A DNA stretch of 33,639 nucleotides from Pirellulales bacterium (GCA_040901675.1 JBBDYJ010000021.1:1-33639), one strand, 5' to 3'. Counted from the stretch's first letter, positions 18,211 through 28,420 are shown. A program made the numbers and translations. Notes: generated from the letters alone by a model not told the origin.

Positions 18211-20553
18211 TTGAGAACGTTCGAAAATCGCCGCGCGTCTTGCTGGAGTGTTCTTCTTGGCGGCGCATTGGGCGCCATATGCTGGGGGGCCGCCGGGCGG
18301 GATGTGAGCGAGCGAGCGGTCGCGGACGAGCCTGCGGCTCAATCTCGAGCGGGCGGCTCGGGCGACGTGGCTTCAGGAGCAGGCAAGGGTGGTTCAGAAG
18401 CAGGCAAGGGTTCTAGAGGAGCAGCCAAGGGTTCTAGAGGAGCAGGCAAGCGCGCGATGCAATATCCCGAAACGATGCGGGGCGGCCAGGTCGACGACTA
18501 TCACGGCACGACGGTGGCCGACCCCTACCGCTGGCTCGAGGATCCCGACAGCCCGGCTTCGCGCGCCTGGATCGAGGCCCAGAACGCCTTGACGTTCGGC
18601 TACTTGGAGCAGATTGCGGCGCGCGAACCGATTGGCCGGCGCTTGACCGAGCTGTGGAACTACCAGCGCTACGGCATCCCGGTCCAGCGCGGCGGACGCT
18701 ACTTCTACGCCAAGAACGACGGCCTGCAGAACCAGAGCGTGCTGTACTGGGCACCGGCCTTGGACGCCGAGCCGCGGCTGCTGTTGGATCCCAATCGCCT
18801 CTCGGAAGAGGGAACCGTGGCGCTGTCCGGCCAGGCGATCAGCGAGGACGGCAAGCTGCTGGCCTACGGTCTGGCTTCCGCCGGATCCGACTGGCAGGAG
18901 TGGCGCGTCCGCGAAGTGGAGTCGGGCCGCGACCTGGACGACCACCTGCGGTGGATCAAGTTCTCCGGTGCATCCTGGACGCCCGACGGCAAGGGCTTTT
19001 TTTACAGCCGCTACGACGAGCCGTCGGCCGGCGAGCAACTGACGGCCACCAACTACTTTCAAAAGCTCTACTACCACCGCCTCGCAACGCCCCAGTCCGA
19101 GGACCGGCTGGTGTACCAGCGGCCCGATGAAAAGGAGTGGGGCTTCGACGGCCATGTGACCGAGGACGGCCGCTACCTGGTCATCACGGTCTGGCGCGGG
19201 ACCGAGCGCAAGCACCAGGTGTTTTACCTCGACCTGTCCGCGGACGACGCCGAAGTGGTCGAATTGATCACCGGCTTCGACGCCCGTTACGAGTTCATCG
19301 CCAACGACGGGCCCGTGTTCTGGCTGCGCACCGACCTCGATGCGCCGCGGAACCGGGTGATCGCCGTCGATACCCGCAACCCGGCCCGCGAAGCGTGGCG
19401 GGAGGTGATCCCCCAGGCCGGCCAGTTGCTCGAAGAAGTGAACATGGTCGGCGGCCGCTTCTTTGGCTTGTACCTGCACGATGCGCACAGCCGGGTCGAG
19501 ATGTTCGATTCGTCGGGCAAGAGCCGGGGCAGCGTCGAGCTGCCGGGCCTGGGCAGCGCGGCCGGTTTCGCCGGGCGCCGCGGCGACCGGGAGACCTTTT
19601 TCTCCTTCACCAGCTTCACCACGCCGACGACGATCTTTCGATACGACCTGGCCGCCGGCACCAGCGAAGTCTTTCGTAAGCCCGAGGTCGACTTCAACCC
19701 GGACGATTACGAGACGCGGCAGGTCTTCTATCAGAGCAAGGACGGCACCCGGCTGCCGATGTTCATCACCCACCGCAAAGGCCTCCGGCTCGATGGCCGC
19801 AATCCCACGTACTTGTACGGCTACGGCGGCTTCGACATCTCGATGACGCCCAGCTTTTCCGTGGGCCGCATCGTCTGGCTGGAGATGGGCGGCGTGTTCG
19901 CCATGCCCAACCTGCGGGGCGGCGGCGAGTACGGCACCCAGTGGCACGAGCAGGGGATGAAGGCCTTGAAGCAGAATGTCTTCGATGACTTTATCGCCGC
20001 CGCCGAATACCTGGTCGCCCGGCGATACACGTCGAGCGACAAGCTGGCCATTGCCGGCCGGTCCAACGGCGGCCTGCTGGTCGGGGCCTGCATGACGCAG
20101 CGGCCGGAGTTGTTCGCGGCCGCCGTGCCGGGGGTGGGGGTGATGGACATGCTGCGGTTCCAGAAGTTCACGATCGGCTGGGCCTGGGTCTCCGAGTACG
20201 GCTCGTCGGACGACCCCGAACAGTTCAAGTCGCTGTATGCGTATTCGCCCTTGCACAATCTCAAGCCGGGCGTCGCGTACCCGGCCACGTTCATTGTCAC
20301 CGCCGACCATGACGATCGGGTGGTCCCCGGCCACAGCTTCAAGTTCGCGGCCGCGCTGCAGGCCGCCCAGGCGGGAACGCAGCCGGCCCTGATCCGCATC
20401 GAGACCAGCGCGGGCCACGGCGCCGGGACGCCCACGTCCAAGGCGATCGAGGAGCTAGCCGACGGCCATGCCTTCTTGGTTCAGGAGCTCGACGTGCAAC
20501 TGCCTGAGAGCTTCCCGGCTCTGAAAGCCGCGAGCGAGGCCGGACCAGAATGA
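18211..20553 (+). CDS. Prolyl oligopeptidase (S9A), probably exported
   Basis: DPYRWLE, GRSNGG (Ser), ADHDDRV (Asp), AGHG (His); signal-like N-terminus from TTG 18211 (alternative ATG 18457). Confidence 0.93.
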   Translation: MRTFENRRASCWSVLLGGALGAICWGAAGRDVSERAVADEPAAQSRAGGSGDVASGAGKGGSEAGKGSRGAAKGSRGAGKRAMQYPETMRGGQVDDYHGTTVADPYRWLEDPDSPASRAWIEAQNALTFGYLEQIAAREPIGRRLTELWNYQRYGIPVQRGGRYFYAKNDGLQNQSVLYWAPALDAEPRLLLDPNRLSEEGTVALSGQAISEDGKLLAYGLASAGSDWQEWRVREVESGRDLDDHLRWIKFSGASWTPDGKGFFYSRYDEPSAGEQLTATNYFQKLYYHRLATPQSEDRLVYQRPDEKEWGFDGHVTEDGRYLVITVWRGTERKHQVFYLDLSADDAEVVELITGFDARYEFIANDGPVFWLRTDLDAPRNRVIAVDTRNPAREAWREVIPQAGQLLEEVNMVGGRFFGLYLHDAHSRVEMFDSSGKSRGSVELPGLGSAAGFAGRRGDRETFFSFTSFTTPTTIFRYDLAAGTSEVFRKPEVDFNPDDYETRQVFYQSKDGTRLPMFITHRKGLRLDGRNPTYLYGYGGFDISMTPSFSVGRIVWLEMGGVFAMPNLRGGGEYGTQWHEQGMKALKQNVFDDFIAAAEYLVARRYTSSDKLAIAGRSNGGLLVGACMTQRPELFAAAVPGVGVMDMLRFQKFTIGWAWVSEYGSSDDPEQFKSLYAYSPLHNLKPGVAYPATFIVTADHDDRVVPGHSFKFAAALQAAQAGTQPALIRIETSAGHGAGTPTSKAIEELADGHAFLVQELDVQLPESFPALKAASEAGPE
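18379..18450 (+). repeat. 21-bp in-frame tandem repeat (~3.4 copies)
   Basis: gcaggcaagggtggttcagaa / gcaggcaagggttctagagga / gcagccaagggttctagagga / gcaggcaag. Confidence 0.85.
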
Positions 20554-20599
20554 CCCGATTGCTCGAATACGGCTCGCGGATACCGTGGTTTGCTTACGG

Positions 20600-20965
20600 C
20601 TAGGCGGCGCTGGAGATCAACGCGCCAAGTTTTTCCATCACCTTGGACACCGTTTCACCCGGCAGGGCACAGATGAACTCGGCCCGTCGCGCTCGCCAAT
20701 CCAGGCTCTTGACCTGGTCGGAAAGGATGACTCCGTTCACCCTCGTTCCTTCGGGGATAATGACTTCGAAGGGATAGCCTTTGATCTGTGAAGTAATGGG
20801 ACAGAAGATCGCCAACCCGACTCTGTGGTTATAGGCTCGTGGCGAGAGGACCAGGGCCGGACGGCGTCCCGCCTGCTCATGCCCGGCCTGTGGGTTCAAG
20901 CTGATCCACACCGCATCGCCGCGCTGGGGCACGTATGGCGCGGCCGTTCGCCGCTTTTCTACCAT
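20600..20965 (-). CDS. mazF: MazF/PemK endoribonuclease toxin
   Basis: PQRGD, NPQAGHEQAGRRPALVLSP, CPITSQIKGYPFEV, DQVKSLDWRAR. Confidence 0.95.
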   Translation of the reverse strand: MVEKRRTAAPYVPQRGDAVWISLNPQAGHEQAGRRPALVLSPRAYNHRVGLAIFCPITSQIKGYPFEVIIPEGTRVNGVILSDQVKSLDWRARRAEFICALPGETVSKVMEKLGALISSAA

Positions 20966-21201
20966 GCCTCGCGTCCAGTCGGCGGGCCGTAATCCACCTC
21001 ACCGTGGATATTGCTGTCGGTTACCTCTGCCAACAATTCCTCAAGTGTCGGACGAGTTGGCTCGATCGGACGCACGATCAATGCGCCGTCCTCAACCGAA
21101 ATATTAACGACGCTGTCCTGCGTAACGTGAGCTTCCTCCGCGCAGGACTTGGGAATCCTGAGCGCCAGACTGTTTCCCCACTTCTGAATTCGCGTTTTCA
21201 T
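20959..21201 (-). CDS. mazE: MazE/AbrB antitoxin
   Basis: MKTRIQKWGNSLALRIPK...TLEELLA...NIHGEVDYG...GREAW; overlaps the mazF start. Confidence 0.93.
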   Translation of the reverse strand: MKTRIQKWGNSLALRIPKSCAEEAHVTQDSVVNISVEDGALIVRPIEPTRPTLEELLAEVTDSNIHGEVDYGPPTGREAW

Positions 21202-21223
21202 CCGCCGGCCTCCCCGCAGGTCT

Positions 21224-21242
21224 GTATCTACAATGAATATAC
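21224..21242. promoter_or_regulatory. Palindromic mazEF operator
   Basis: GTATCTACAATGAATATAC, an imperfect palindrome just upstream of the mazE RBS. Confidence 0.65.
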
Positions 21243-21356
21243 GGCAACCGATCGGACGAGGGAAGCCGGACGCCGGTTGATCCCCCTTCCAGAAACCGGC
21301 CGGAGATCTATAATGCCGGTTTCGCAAATTTGGCGAGCAGAAGACGAGGCGGGGCC

Positions 21357-21560
21357 ATGCCCAAGCAAAAGACCCATAAAGGCACCAAAAAGCGGTTCCG
21401 CGTCACGGCGACCGGCAAGGTCAAGCACCGGCACGCGGGCACCAGCCACCTGGCGGCCGGCATGAGCAAGAAACGGCGGCGGAACCTGCGCGGGACCACC
21501 ACGGTCCATCCGCTGGAAGCCAGGCGGATCAAGAAATCGCTCTGCGGCAACAGCTACTGA
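21357..21560 (+). CDS. rpmI: 50S ribosomal protein L35
   Basis: MPKQKTHKGTKKRFRVTATGKV; TATAAT at 21309-21314 upstream. Confidence 0.96.
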   Translation: MPKQKTHKGTKKRFRVTATGKVKHRHAGTSHLAAGMSKKRRRNLRGTTTVHPLEARRIKKSLCGNSY

Positions 21561-21599
21561 TCGCTGGCGTGGGCGGCGATTGGCCAGAGGTAAACACCA

Positions 21600-21959
21600 A
21601 TGAGATCGATGAAGGGCGCGGCCCGGACCCAGGCCAAAAAGCGTCTGTTCAAAAAGGTCAAGGGTTACCGGGGCGGCCGCGGCGGCTTGCTGCGGACGGC
21701 CAAGGAGACGCTGGTCCGCGCCGGCGTGTACGCCTTCCGCGATCGCCGGGCACGCAAACGCGACTTCCGCCGCTTGTGGATCATCCGCATCAACGCCGCC
21801 GTCCGCGAGCGAGGCCTCCGCTACAGCCAGTTCATCAACGGCCTGGCCAAGGCCGGCATCGAGCTGGACCGCAAGACGCTGGCCGAAATGGCCGTGGCCG
21901 ATCCGGCGGGCTTCGATGGCGTCGTGGCCCAGGTTAAAGAGGTTCTGAGCGCCGGATAG
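21600..21959 (+). CDS. rplT: 50S ribosomal protein L20
   Basis: [38 protein letters not shown]. Confidence 0.97.
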   Translation: MRSMKGAARTQAKKRLFKKVKGYRGGRGGLLRTAKETLVRAGVYAFRDRRARKRDFRRLWIIRINAAVRERGLRYSQFINGLAKAGIELDRKTLAEMAVADPAGFDGVVAQVKEVLSAG

Positions 21960-21975
21960 AGCTGGGCCCACGCAC

Positions 21976-22995
21976 GTGCCACTCGCTGATTTCCTGGCGG
22001 ACCTGGACCAACTGCTTGCGGCCGTCCGATCGGCATTGGACCGCGCGGCCGATCCGGCCGCCTTGGAGGCGGCCCGCATCGAGTTCCTGGGGGCCAAGAG
22101 CGGCCGCATCAAAGCCGCACAGAAGGCGCTGGGCGGCGTCGACAAGGCCGACCGCCCCGCCGCCGGCAAACGCTTCCACGAAATCCAGCAGGAGATCGAG
22201 GCCGCGTTTGCCGCCGCCCGCGAGCGGATTTCCGCCGGCGGCCCTGCCGGCAAGTCGGCCGAGCAGTTCGACCCGACGCTGCCGGGCAAGCGCCCCCGGC
22301 TGGGACACTTGCACCCGCTCACCCAGACCGTCGAAGATCTCAAGGAGATCATGGGGCGGTTGGGGTTTACCGTGGCCGACGGTCCGGAAGTCGAGGACGA
22401 ATGGCACAACTTCGAGGCGCTCAACATCCCGGCCGAGCACCCGGCCCGTGATCCGCTGGAGAATTTCTACCTGGCCACGGCCCAGGCAGCCGGCGGCGGG
22501 CCGCTGTTGCTGCGCAGCCAGACCAGCACGGTGCAGATCAGGGTCATGGAACAGACCAGGCCGCCGGTGCGGATCATCTCGCTGGGCCGCGTCTACCGGC
22601 CCGACACGGCCGACGCCACGCACTACCCCATGTTCCAGCAGATCGAAGGTTTGCTGGTCGACCGCCACGTGAGCATGGCGGACTTGAAGAGCGTGCTGCG
22701 GCTGTTCGCGATGAGTTATTTCGGCGGCGAGGTGCAGATCCGCTTTCGGCCGTCGTTCTTTCCCTTCACCGAGCCGAGCGTGGAGGTCGACATGCACTGG
22801 AACGACCGCTGGATCGAGATGGGGGGCGCCGGCATGGTCGATCCGCACGTGCTGTCGGCGGTGGGTTACGACCCGGAGGAGGTGTCGGGGTTTGCCTTTG
22901 GCCTGGGCGTGGAGCGGGTCTGCGCCCGGCGTCACCAGGTGACCGACATCCGCGAGTTCTACAAGAACGACGTGCGGTTTCTGGAGCAGTTTTAG
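21976..22995 (+). CDS. pheS: Phenylalanine-tRNA ligase alpha subunit
   Basis: [37 protein letters not shown]. Confidence 0.97.
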   Translation: MPLADFLADLDQLLAAVRSALDRAADPAALEAARIEFLGAKSGRIKAAQKALGGVDKADRPAAGKRFHEIQQEIEAAFAAARERISAGGPAGKSAEQFDPTLPGKRPRLGHLHPLTQTVEDLKEIMGRLGFTVADGPEVEDEWHNFEALNIPAEHPARDPLENFYLATAQAAGGGPLLLRSQTSTVQIRVMEQTRPPVRIISLGRVYRPDTADATHYPMFQQIEGLLVDRHVSMADLKSVLRLFAMSYFGGEVQIRFRPSFFPFTEPSVEVDMHWNDRWIEMGGAGMVDPHVLSAVGYDPEEVSGFAFGLGVERVCARRHQVTDIREFYKNDVRFLEQF

Positions 22996-23007
22996 CCCGG
23001 CTCTCCC

Positions 23008-25023
23008 ATGATTGTCTCCTGGAATTGGCTCAAGGACTACGTGGCATTGGACGTGCCGGTCGCCGAGTTCGAGCGGCGGCTGATGATGGCCGGCCTCAAC
23101 CACGAGAGCACCGAGCCGGTCGGCGACGACCTGGCCATCGACCTGGAAGTCACCAGCAACCGCCCCGATTGCCTGGGACACCTGGGCATCGCGCGCGAGG
23201 CGGCCGTGCTGTTCGCGCAGCCGTTGCGGCTGCCTGCCGCCGAGCCTCGCCAGGGCGCCGCCCAGGCCGCCGACCTGGCCCGCGTCCGCCTGGAGTGCCC
23301 CGAGCTGTGCTATCGCTACACGGCCCGCGTCGTGCGGGGCGTGAAGATCGCGCCCAGCCCGGCCTGGCTCGTCAAGCGGCTGGCGACGATCGGAATCCCG
23401 GCCATCAACAACGTGGTCGACATCACCAACTACGTCTTGATGGAGTGTGGCCAGCCGCTGCACGCCTTCGACCTGGCCCGGCTGGCCGGCCGCGAAATCG
23501 TGGTCCGCCAGGCCCGCGCCGGCGAGACCTTCCTGGCCATCGATCACAAGACGTACACGTTGGCCGCCCGCATGTGCGTTATCGCCGACCGCGATCGCCC
23601 CGTGGCACTGGGCGGCGTGATGGGGGGCGCCGATACCGAGGTGACCCACAACACTCGCGACATCCTCTTGGAATGCGCCGAGTTCGACCCGCTGTCGATC
23701 CGCACCACGGCCCGGGCGCTGAACTTGCACAGCGCCTCGTCGTACCGCTTCGAACGCGGCCTGGACTCCCAGGGAGTCGATTGGGCCAGCCGCCGCGCCT
23801 GCCAACTGATTCTGGAACTGGCCGGGGGTGAGCTGGCCGCCGGTGTGATCGACGTGGGACGCGCCGCCCCCGAGCGCCCGCCGATTACGTTGCGGCTGAG
23901 CCAGTTGCCCCGCATCCTGGGGATCGAGATCGACGCCGGCCGGGTCCGCGAGATCCTGGTGGCGCTGGGCAATCGGCTGGTCAGGGCCGACAAGAACCAG
24001 ATCGAGGTCGTGCCGCCCGGTTGGCGGCGCGACCTGTCGCGCGAGATCGACCTGGTCGAGGAAGTGGCCCGCATCCACGGCTACGACGAGATCCCGGAGG
24101 ACGTCAGCGTGCCCATGGCCACTTCGGCCCGCAGCCCGCAGGACCGGGTGCTCTCGCGCATCCGGCACGTGTTGACGGCCGCCGGCTACGACGAGGCCCT
24201 CACGCTCAGCGCGGTCGAAGAGGACTGGTCGGCGGCCTTCAGCCCCTGGACCAGGGCCGAGCCGCTCGTCTCCCCGACTCCCATTTTGCGCCGCTGTGAC
24301 CGGATGCGCCGCAGCCTCGTGCCCAGTCTGCTCGGCGCACGCCGCACCAACGAAACGCTGGCAAATCCGCTGATCGAGCTGTTCGAGATCGCCCGCGTCT
24401 ACTTGCCCCGGCCGGCCTCTCTGCCCGACGAGCAGCTCATGCTGACGCTGACCAGCGGCGGCGACTTTTATGCAGTCAAGGGAGTGCTCGAAGCCCTCTT
24501 GGCCGATCTGAACCCGGCGGTCGAGCTGGAGATCCGAGACACCACGCTGGAGCTTCTGGCCGAAGGCCGAAGGTGCGAGCTGGTGCTGGACGGCGAAGTG
24601 CTCGGTTACTTGGGCGAGGTTTCCGCGGCGGGGCTGAAGCGGTTCGACCTGCGTGGGCCGGCCACCGTGGCCGAGATCAAGCTGGCGGCCCTGGTCGACC
24701 GGGCCGATCTGGTGCCCCTTTACCGCGAACCGCCGGCGTTTCCGGCCACCGCGCGCGACATCAACCTGGAGATGGCCGAGGGCGTACGCTGGGCGGAGAT
24801 CGCCGCCGAGGTCCGCAGCAGTGGCGGAGAGCACCTGGAGGGGCTGGAGTTCAAGGAGATCTACCGCAACGACGAGCTTCGCCGCGGCGGCTTGAAGCGC
24901 GTGCTGTTCACGATCACGCTGCGGTCGCGCCAGGGCACCTTGACCAGTCCGCAGGCCGACGCCATCCGCGACCAGATCGTCGCCTCCTGCCGCGCCCGCT
25001 TCGGCGCCACGCTGGTCGCCTGA
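23008..25023 (+). CDS. pheT: Phenylalanine-tRNA ligase beta subunit, short form
   Basis: NRPDCLGHLGIARE, NNVVDITNY, SYRFERG, DLVEEVARIHGYD, FPATARDI. Confidence 0.96.
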   Translation: MIVSWNWLKDYVALDVPVAEFERRLMMAGLNHESTEPVGDDLAIDLEVTSNRPDCLGHLGIAREAAVLFAQPLRLPAAEPRQGAAQAADLARVRLECPELCYRYTARVVRGVKIAPSPAWLVKRLATIGIPAINNVVDITNYVLMECGQPLHAFDLARLAGREIVVRQARAGETFLAIDHKTYTLAARMCVIADRDRPVALGGVMGGADTEVTHNTRDILLECAEFDPLSIRTTARALNLHSASSYRFERGLDSQGVDWASRRACQLILELAGGELAAGVIDVGRAAPERPPITLRLSQLPRILGIEIDAGRVREILVALGNRLVRADKNQIEVVPPGWRRDLSREIDLVEEVARIHGYDEIPEDVSVPMATSARSPQDRVLSRIRHVLTAAGYDEALTLSAVEEDWSAAFSPWTRAEPLVSPTPILRRCDRMRRSLVPSLLGARRTNETLANPLIELFEIARVYLPRPASLPDEQLMLTLTSGGDFYAVKGVLEALLADLNPAVELEIRDTTLELLAEGRRCELVLDGEVLGYLGEVSAAGLKRFDLRGPATVAEIKLAALVDRADLVPLYREPPAFPATARDINLEMAEGVRWAEIAAEVRSSGGEHLEGLEFKEIYRNDELRRGGLKRVLFTITLRSRQGTLTSPQADAIRDQIVASCRARFGATLVA

Positions 25024-25091
25024 CGCTGGCTACGCTCGGCTCGCACCCGTCTGCCAAAGGGCACCTGACCCCACCCTCTCTGCGAAGCGCA

Positions 25092-26129
25092 TCAAATGCT
25101 GAACGGAATGGGCGTCAGGCAAAAAATCGGAATCGATAGCGACGCGAGGCCGATCACCCGCCGGGCGAGGCCCAGCGGCGCCGTGTCGTTGCGGGTGGGA
25201 GGGTGCCGAACGCCAAGCAACAGGATCAGGCCCAACATCAACACCCAGCCGAACTGCTGGGCCAGGATGATGAATAAAACCACCGCGGCCGCCATGAGCC
25301 AGGCCAGCAGGTGGGCCCAGCGGCCAAAAAGTGCATACGCCACGTGGCCGCCATCGAGCTGACCGATGGGCAACATGTTCAGCCCGGTTACCAGCATGCC
25401 GACCCAGGCGGCCATCAACATCGGATTGCCGGCGTGGATCAGCTCCCACCCCGCTGGGTCGTGCGGGTGCAGCCAGCCGGCCAGCCAGACGAACAACAGC
25501 GGGTTGCCGAAATAGCCGTCCACGCCGCGTGGAATCGCCTCGGCCTGGAGCATGCCGAACCAGGCCAGCGGCAACGCCACCGCCAGGCCGGCCCAGGGAC
25601 CAGTCAGGCCGATGTCGAACAGTTGCCTGCGGTCGGCATCGGATCCGCGCATGCCGATGAAGGCGCCCATGGTGCCGATCCGCCAGAGGGGCATGGGAAG
25701 GAAAAACGGCAGGCTCGCAGGAATCCGATACCGCACCGCCTGCAAAAAGTGGCCCATCTCGTGGGCCATCAGAATGGCCATCAGGGCGGCCATGTACACC
25801 AGCCCATCGGACCAGTGATTCGCAAAGACCGTTGCCGGTTCGCTCAAGGTCGTCAACAGGTCGCCGCCGGTGGTTCCCGCCAGGAAGGTCGTGAAGCACG
25901 TGGCCAAAAACAGGATGGCTGGAACGCGTACCCTTCGCCGACGCGAAATCCGCCCCGGCTGGCCATCCTGCTGCCCCGGCGTGCCCGCCGCAGGTGGCTG
26001 GGCGGAACCCGGTTGAGTGGCCCGGGGTTGAACAGCGGGCGGTGCAGCGGCAACGGTCGGCGCCGGATCAGGCTGGGCTGCCTGCGGTACGGCCGCCTGC
26101 CGGGCCTGCGGTGCAGCAGAATCTTGCAT
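25092..26129 (-). CDS. Site-2 protease family (M50) intramembrane metalloprotease
   Basis: HEMGH, NMLPIGQLDGGH, many TM segments; start uncertain (ATG 26129 chosen). Confidence 0.9.
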   Translation of the reverse strand: MQDSAAPQARQAAVPQAAQPDPAPTVAAAPPAVQPRATQPGSAQPPAAGTPGQQDGQPGRISRRRRVRVPAILFLATCFTTFLAGTTGGDLLTTLSEPATVFANHWSDGLVYMAALMAILMAHEMGHFLQAVRYRIPASLPFFLPMPLWRIGTMGAFIGMRGSDADRRQLFDIGLTGPWAGLAVALPLAWFGMLQAEAIPRGVDGYFGNPLLFVWLAGWLHPHDPAGWELIHAGNPMLMAAWVGMLVTGLNMLPIGQLDGGHVAYALFGRWAHLLAWLMAAAVVLFIILAQQFGWVLMLGLILLLGVRHPPTRNDTAPLGLARRVIGLASLSIPIFCLTPIPFSI

Positions 26130-26434
26130 GATGCACGCCAACTATGGGCCAACCCGATTTGCACAAGCTCCTAACGGACCACCCGGCCATGCCATCCGCA
26201 AAGGTCGCGACGGCCGGCCGAAGCCCAAACATATCACATCGAGCGGCCAGCGCCCAACTCAGCAGGTCCGTATGGAAAAACCTACGCCCGGGTCGGGCCG
26301 CGTGCCGCCGGCTGGCGGTGCTCTGCCTCGCGGCGAGCGGGCCCGGCCGGCTGGCCCCGGCTCCGTTTGGCTGGCGGGCGGTCGGCGGTGCGGGTTGCAG
26401 CGGTTCGATAGGTTGGGGGAGACTCAAGCTGGGT

Positions 26435-26758
26435 TCAATCGAACCGCCATTCGAGGCCGCCATCCCACTGGCTGTCGAGCTCTTCCTGCCCGTCGAGCCC
26501 CGGATGTGACGCGAACCGCTGGGAGTGCCGAGAATCCGGCCCACTGGGCGTACGTTTGCCGGCCTGTTCCTGGAAGCGGCCGAGCTGGTCTTCGACAAAG
26601 CGCAGCGAGTCGTCCAGCGCGGACTTCAGCCGATGCTTCGACAACAGCCGCGCGATGTACGGGTCGGCCCAGGGCAGAAGGTCTCTCGGCTGAGCGTCGC
26701 CGCCTTCGGCCGACTCGGGAATCTCCACGACGACGCAACGTGGCATTCTGTTTTGCAT
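26435..26758 (-). CDS. Hypothetical protein (107 aa)
   Basis: MQNRMPRCVVVEIP...LLPWADPYIARLL...LEWRFD; purine-rich RBS; sigma54-like promoter upstream. Confidence 0.6.
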   Translation of the reverse strand: MQNRMPRCVVVEIPESAEGGDAQPRDLLPWADPYIARLLSKHRLKSALDDSLRFVEDQLGRFQEQAGKRTPSGPDSRHSQRFASHPGLDGQEELDSQWDGGLEWRFD

Positions 26759-26877
26759 CGCGTCACCTTCCTCTCTTTGCCGGATCTCGTTTGTCCGCCC
26801 AGTTGGGGCTGCATCTCGAAGAGCAAATCCAGGGCCAACAGGTTCGCGATTTTGGAAGGCGAATCGCAGCTCGTGTG

Positions 26878-26892
26878 GCAGATGCCGTGCCA
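26878..26892 (-). promoter_or_regulatory. sigma54 (-24/-12) promoter
   Basis: Minus strand TGGCAC-GGCAT-CTGC with GG-N10-GC spacing. Confidence 0.6.
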
Positions 26893-26991
26893 GCAACGCT
26901 TTAGCGTCGGCCGTGCGCCCAAAGATCGGCCCCTTCGGCGCATAACGGTGGCCCGACGGCCAGCCAAAATTTGCAAAACGATACACATTCC

Positions 26992-27102
26992 GAAGGCAGA
27001 AGGCAGAAGGCAAGAAGGCAGAAGGCAGCTCTTGGTCCTTGGTGCTTAGGACTTGGGAAAGAGTCCGGCGGCGAAGCCCAAAGTACAAAGACCTAAGCAC
27101 TT
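26992..27102. repeat. Heptamer repeat cluster: (GAAGGCA)x5, CTTGGTC-like x4 and an inverted counterpart
   Basis: gaaggca x5 (26992-27027); cttggtc cttggtg cttagga cttggga (27031-27058); ccaaagt acaaaga cctaagc act (27079-27102). Confidence 0.75.
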
Positions 27103-27109
27103 CCTGCCC

Positions 27110-28420
27110 CTATTCTGCTTTCGTCGTGCCCAGCTTCTGCTTCAAATAGTCGATCGCTTTTTGCAGTTGGGGATCGAACGGAGGATCGGTCTGGACCGAT
27201 TGCGCGGAGCCCGGCCGCCGCACCACGTCGCGCTGCCGCCGCTCTTCGACGACTCGCCGCAGCTCCTCGTCGGTCAGCTTGACCTCCAGTCCCGGATTGG
27301 GCGTGACGCCCCAGGCGTCTTCTTCCTTGGCGTTCTTGCCCCGGTCGATGTTCCTGTCGCTGGGCCGCCAGTACGTGGCGATGGTCAACTTCAGCACGCT
27401 CTTGCCCTCTTCCAACGGGATGACGTTCTGCACGGTTCCCTTGCCGAAGCTGCGTTCGCCCACCACGGCGGCCCGGCCATGGTCCTGCAGGCAGGCCGCC
27501 ACCACCTCGCTGGCACTGGCGCTAAACCGGTTCATCAGCACCACCAGCGGCAGATCAGGGTAGGGGGCATTGCCCGAGGCCTCGAACACTTCGCGGTCGG
27601 TCTGATCGCGGCCCCGGGTGCTGACGATGCGGCCCCGCTCAAGGAAGAGATCAGCGGTCGAGGTAGCCGACTTGAGCAGTCCGCCGGCGTTGTAGCGCAG
27701 GTCGAGGACCAGGCCTTCGGCTTTCTCGCGGGCCAGGTGAGCCAGCGCGCCCTGGAGCTCCGACGTGGTCCGCTCGCCGAAGCCGACGACGCGAATGTAG
27801 CCGATTTTGGTGTCGTTGAGAAAAAAGTTCCAACTGCCGTCGGGGGCGCGCGTGTCGCCGAGCACCGTGTCGACCTCGATAATGGCCCGCTTGAGCTCGA
27901 TATCGACCGGCCGGGTGTCTCCTTCGTGCAGCACGGTCAGCCGGACTGGTTCGCCGGGCTGGCCCCGCAGCCGCTGGACCGCGTCCTGGATGTTGAAGCC
28001 CTCGGTGCTCTCGCCGTCGATCAGCAGGATCTTGTCGCCCGCCAGGATACCCGCTTCATAGGCCGGCGAGCCGACCAGCGGGCTGAGCACCGTCAGCAGC
28101 TTGGTCTGGGGATCCCAGGAGACTTCGATGCCGATGCCGCCGAATTGCTGGTCGAGCGACTCGCGAAACTCGGTCGATTCGGCGGGCGGAATATAGGCCG
28201 AGTAGGGATCCAGGCGGCCGACCATGCCGGTGAGCGCTCCCTCGAACAGGTCGCGGTCGTCCACTTCCTCGACGTAGTGGGCGTCGATCTGCGAGAGCAC
28301 CTCGACGAAGGTGCCGAACATCCGGCCGTAATGGCTGCGGTAGGCGCTGTCGGCCTTCTTGTAGCAGGCGAACGAGACGATGGAAATCGCCAAGAGCAGG
28401 TTCAGATTGCGTCGAGACAT
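27110..28420 (-). CDS. ctpA: Carboxyl-terminal processing protease (S41A, PDZ)
   Basis: LDPYS, FGGIGI, DLRYNAGG, SASASE (Ser), GKGTVQ (Lys). Confidence 0.92.
   Translation of the reverse strand: MSRRNLNLLLAISIVSFACYKKADSAYRSHYGRMFGTFVEVLSQIDAHYVEEVDDRDLFEGALTGMVGRLDPYSAYIPPAESTEFRESLDQQFGGIGIEVSWDPQTKLLTVLSPLVGSPAYEAGILAGDKILLIDGESTEGFNIQDAVQRLRGQPGEPVRLTVLHEGDTRPVDIELKRAIIEVDTVLGDTRAPDGSWNFFLNDTKIGYIRVVGFGERTTSELQGALAHLAREKAEGLVLDLRYNAGGLLKSATSTADLFLERGRIVSTRGRDQTDREVFEASGNAPYPDLPLVVLMNRFSASASEVVAACLQDHGRAAVVGERSFGKGTVQNVIPLEEGKSVLKLTIATYWRPSDRNIDRGKNAKEEDAWGVTPNPGLEVKLTDEELRRVVEERRQRDVVRRPGSAQSVQTDPPFDPQLQKAIDYLKQKLGTTKAE

Noticed and set aside
21934..24834. 966-aa minus-strand ORF and other long antisense ORFs (18394..20418, 16411..17814, 27053..28507)
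   Set aside because: Shadow ORFs opposite well-supported genes, expected from high-GC codon bias; no recognisable motifs.
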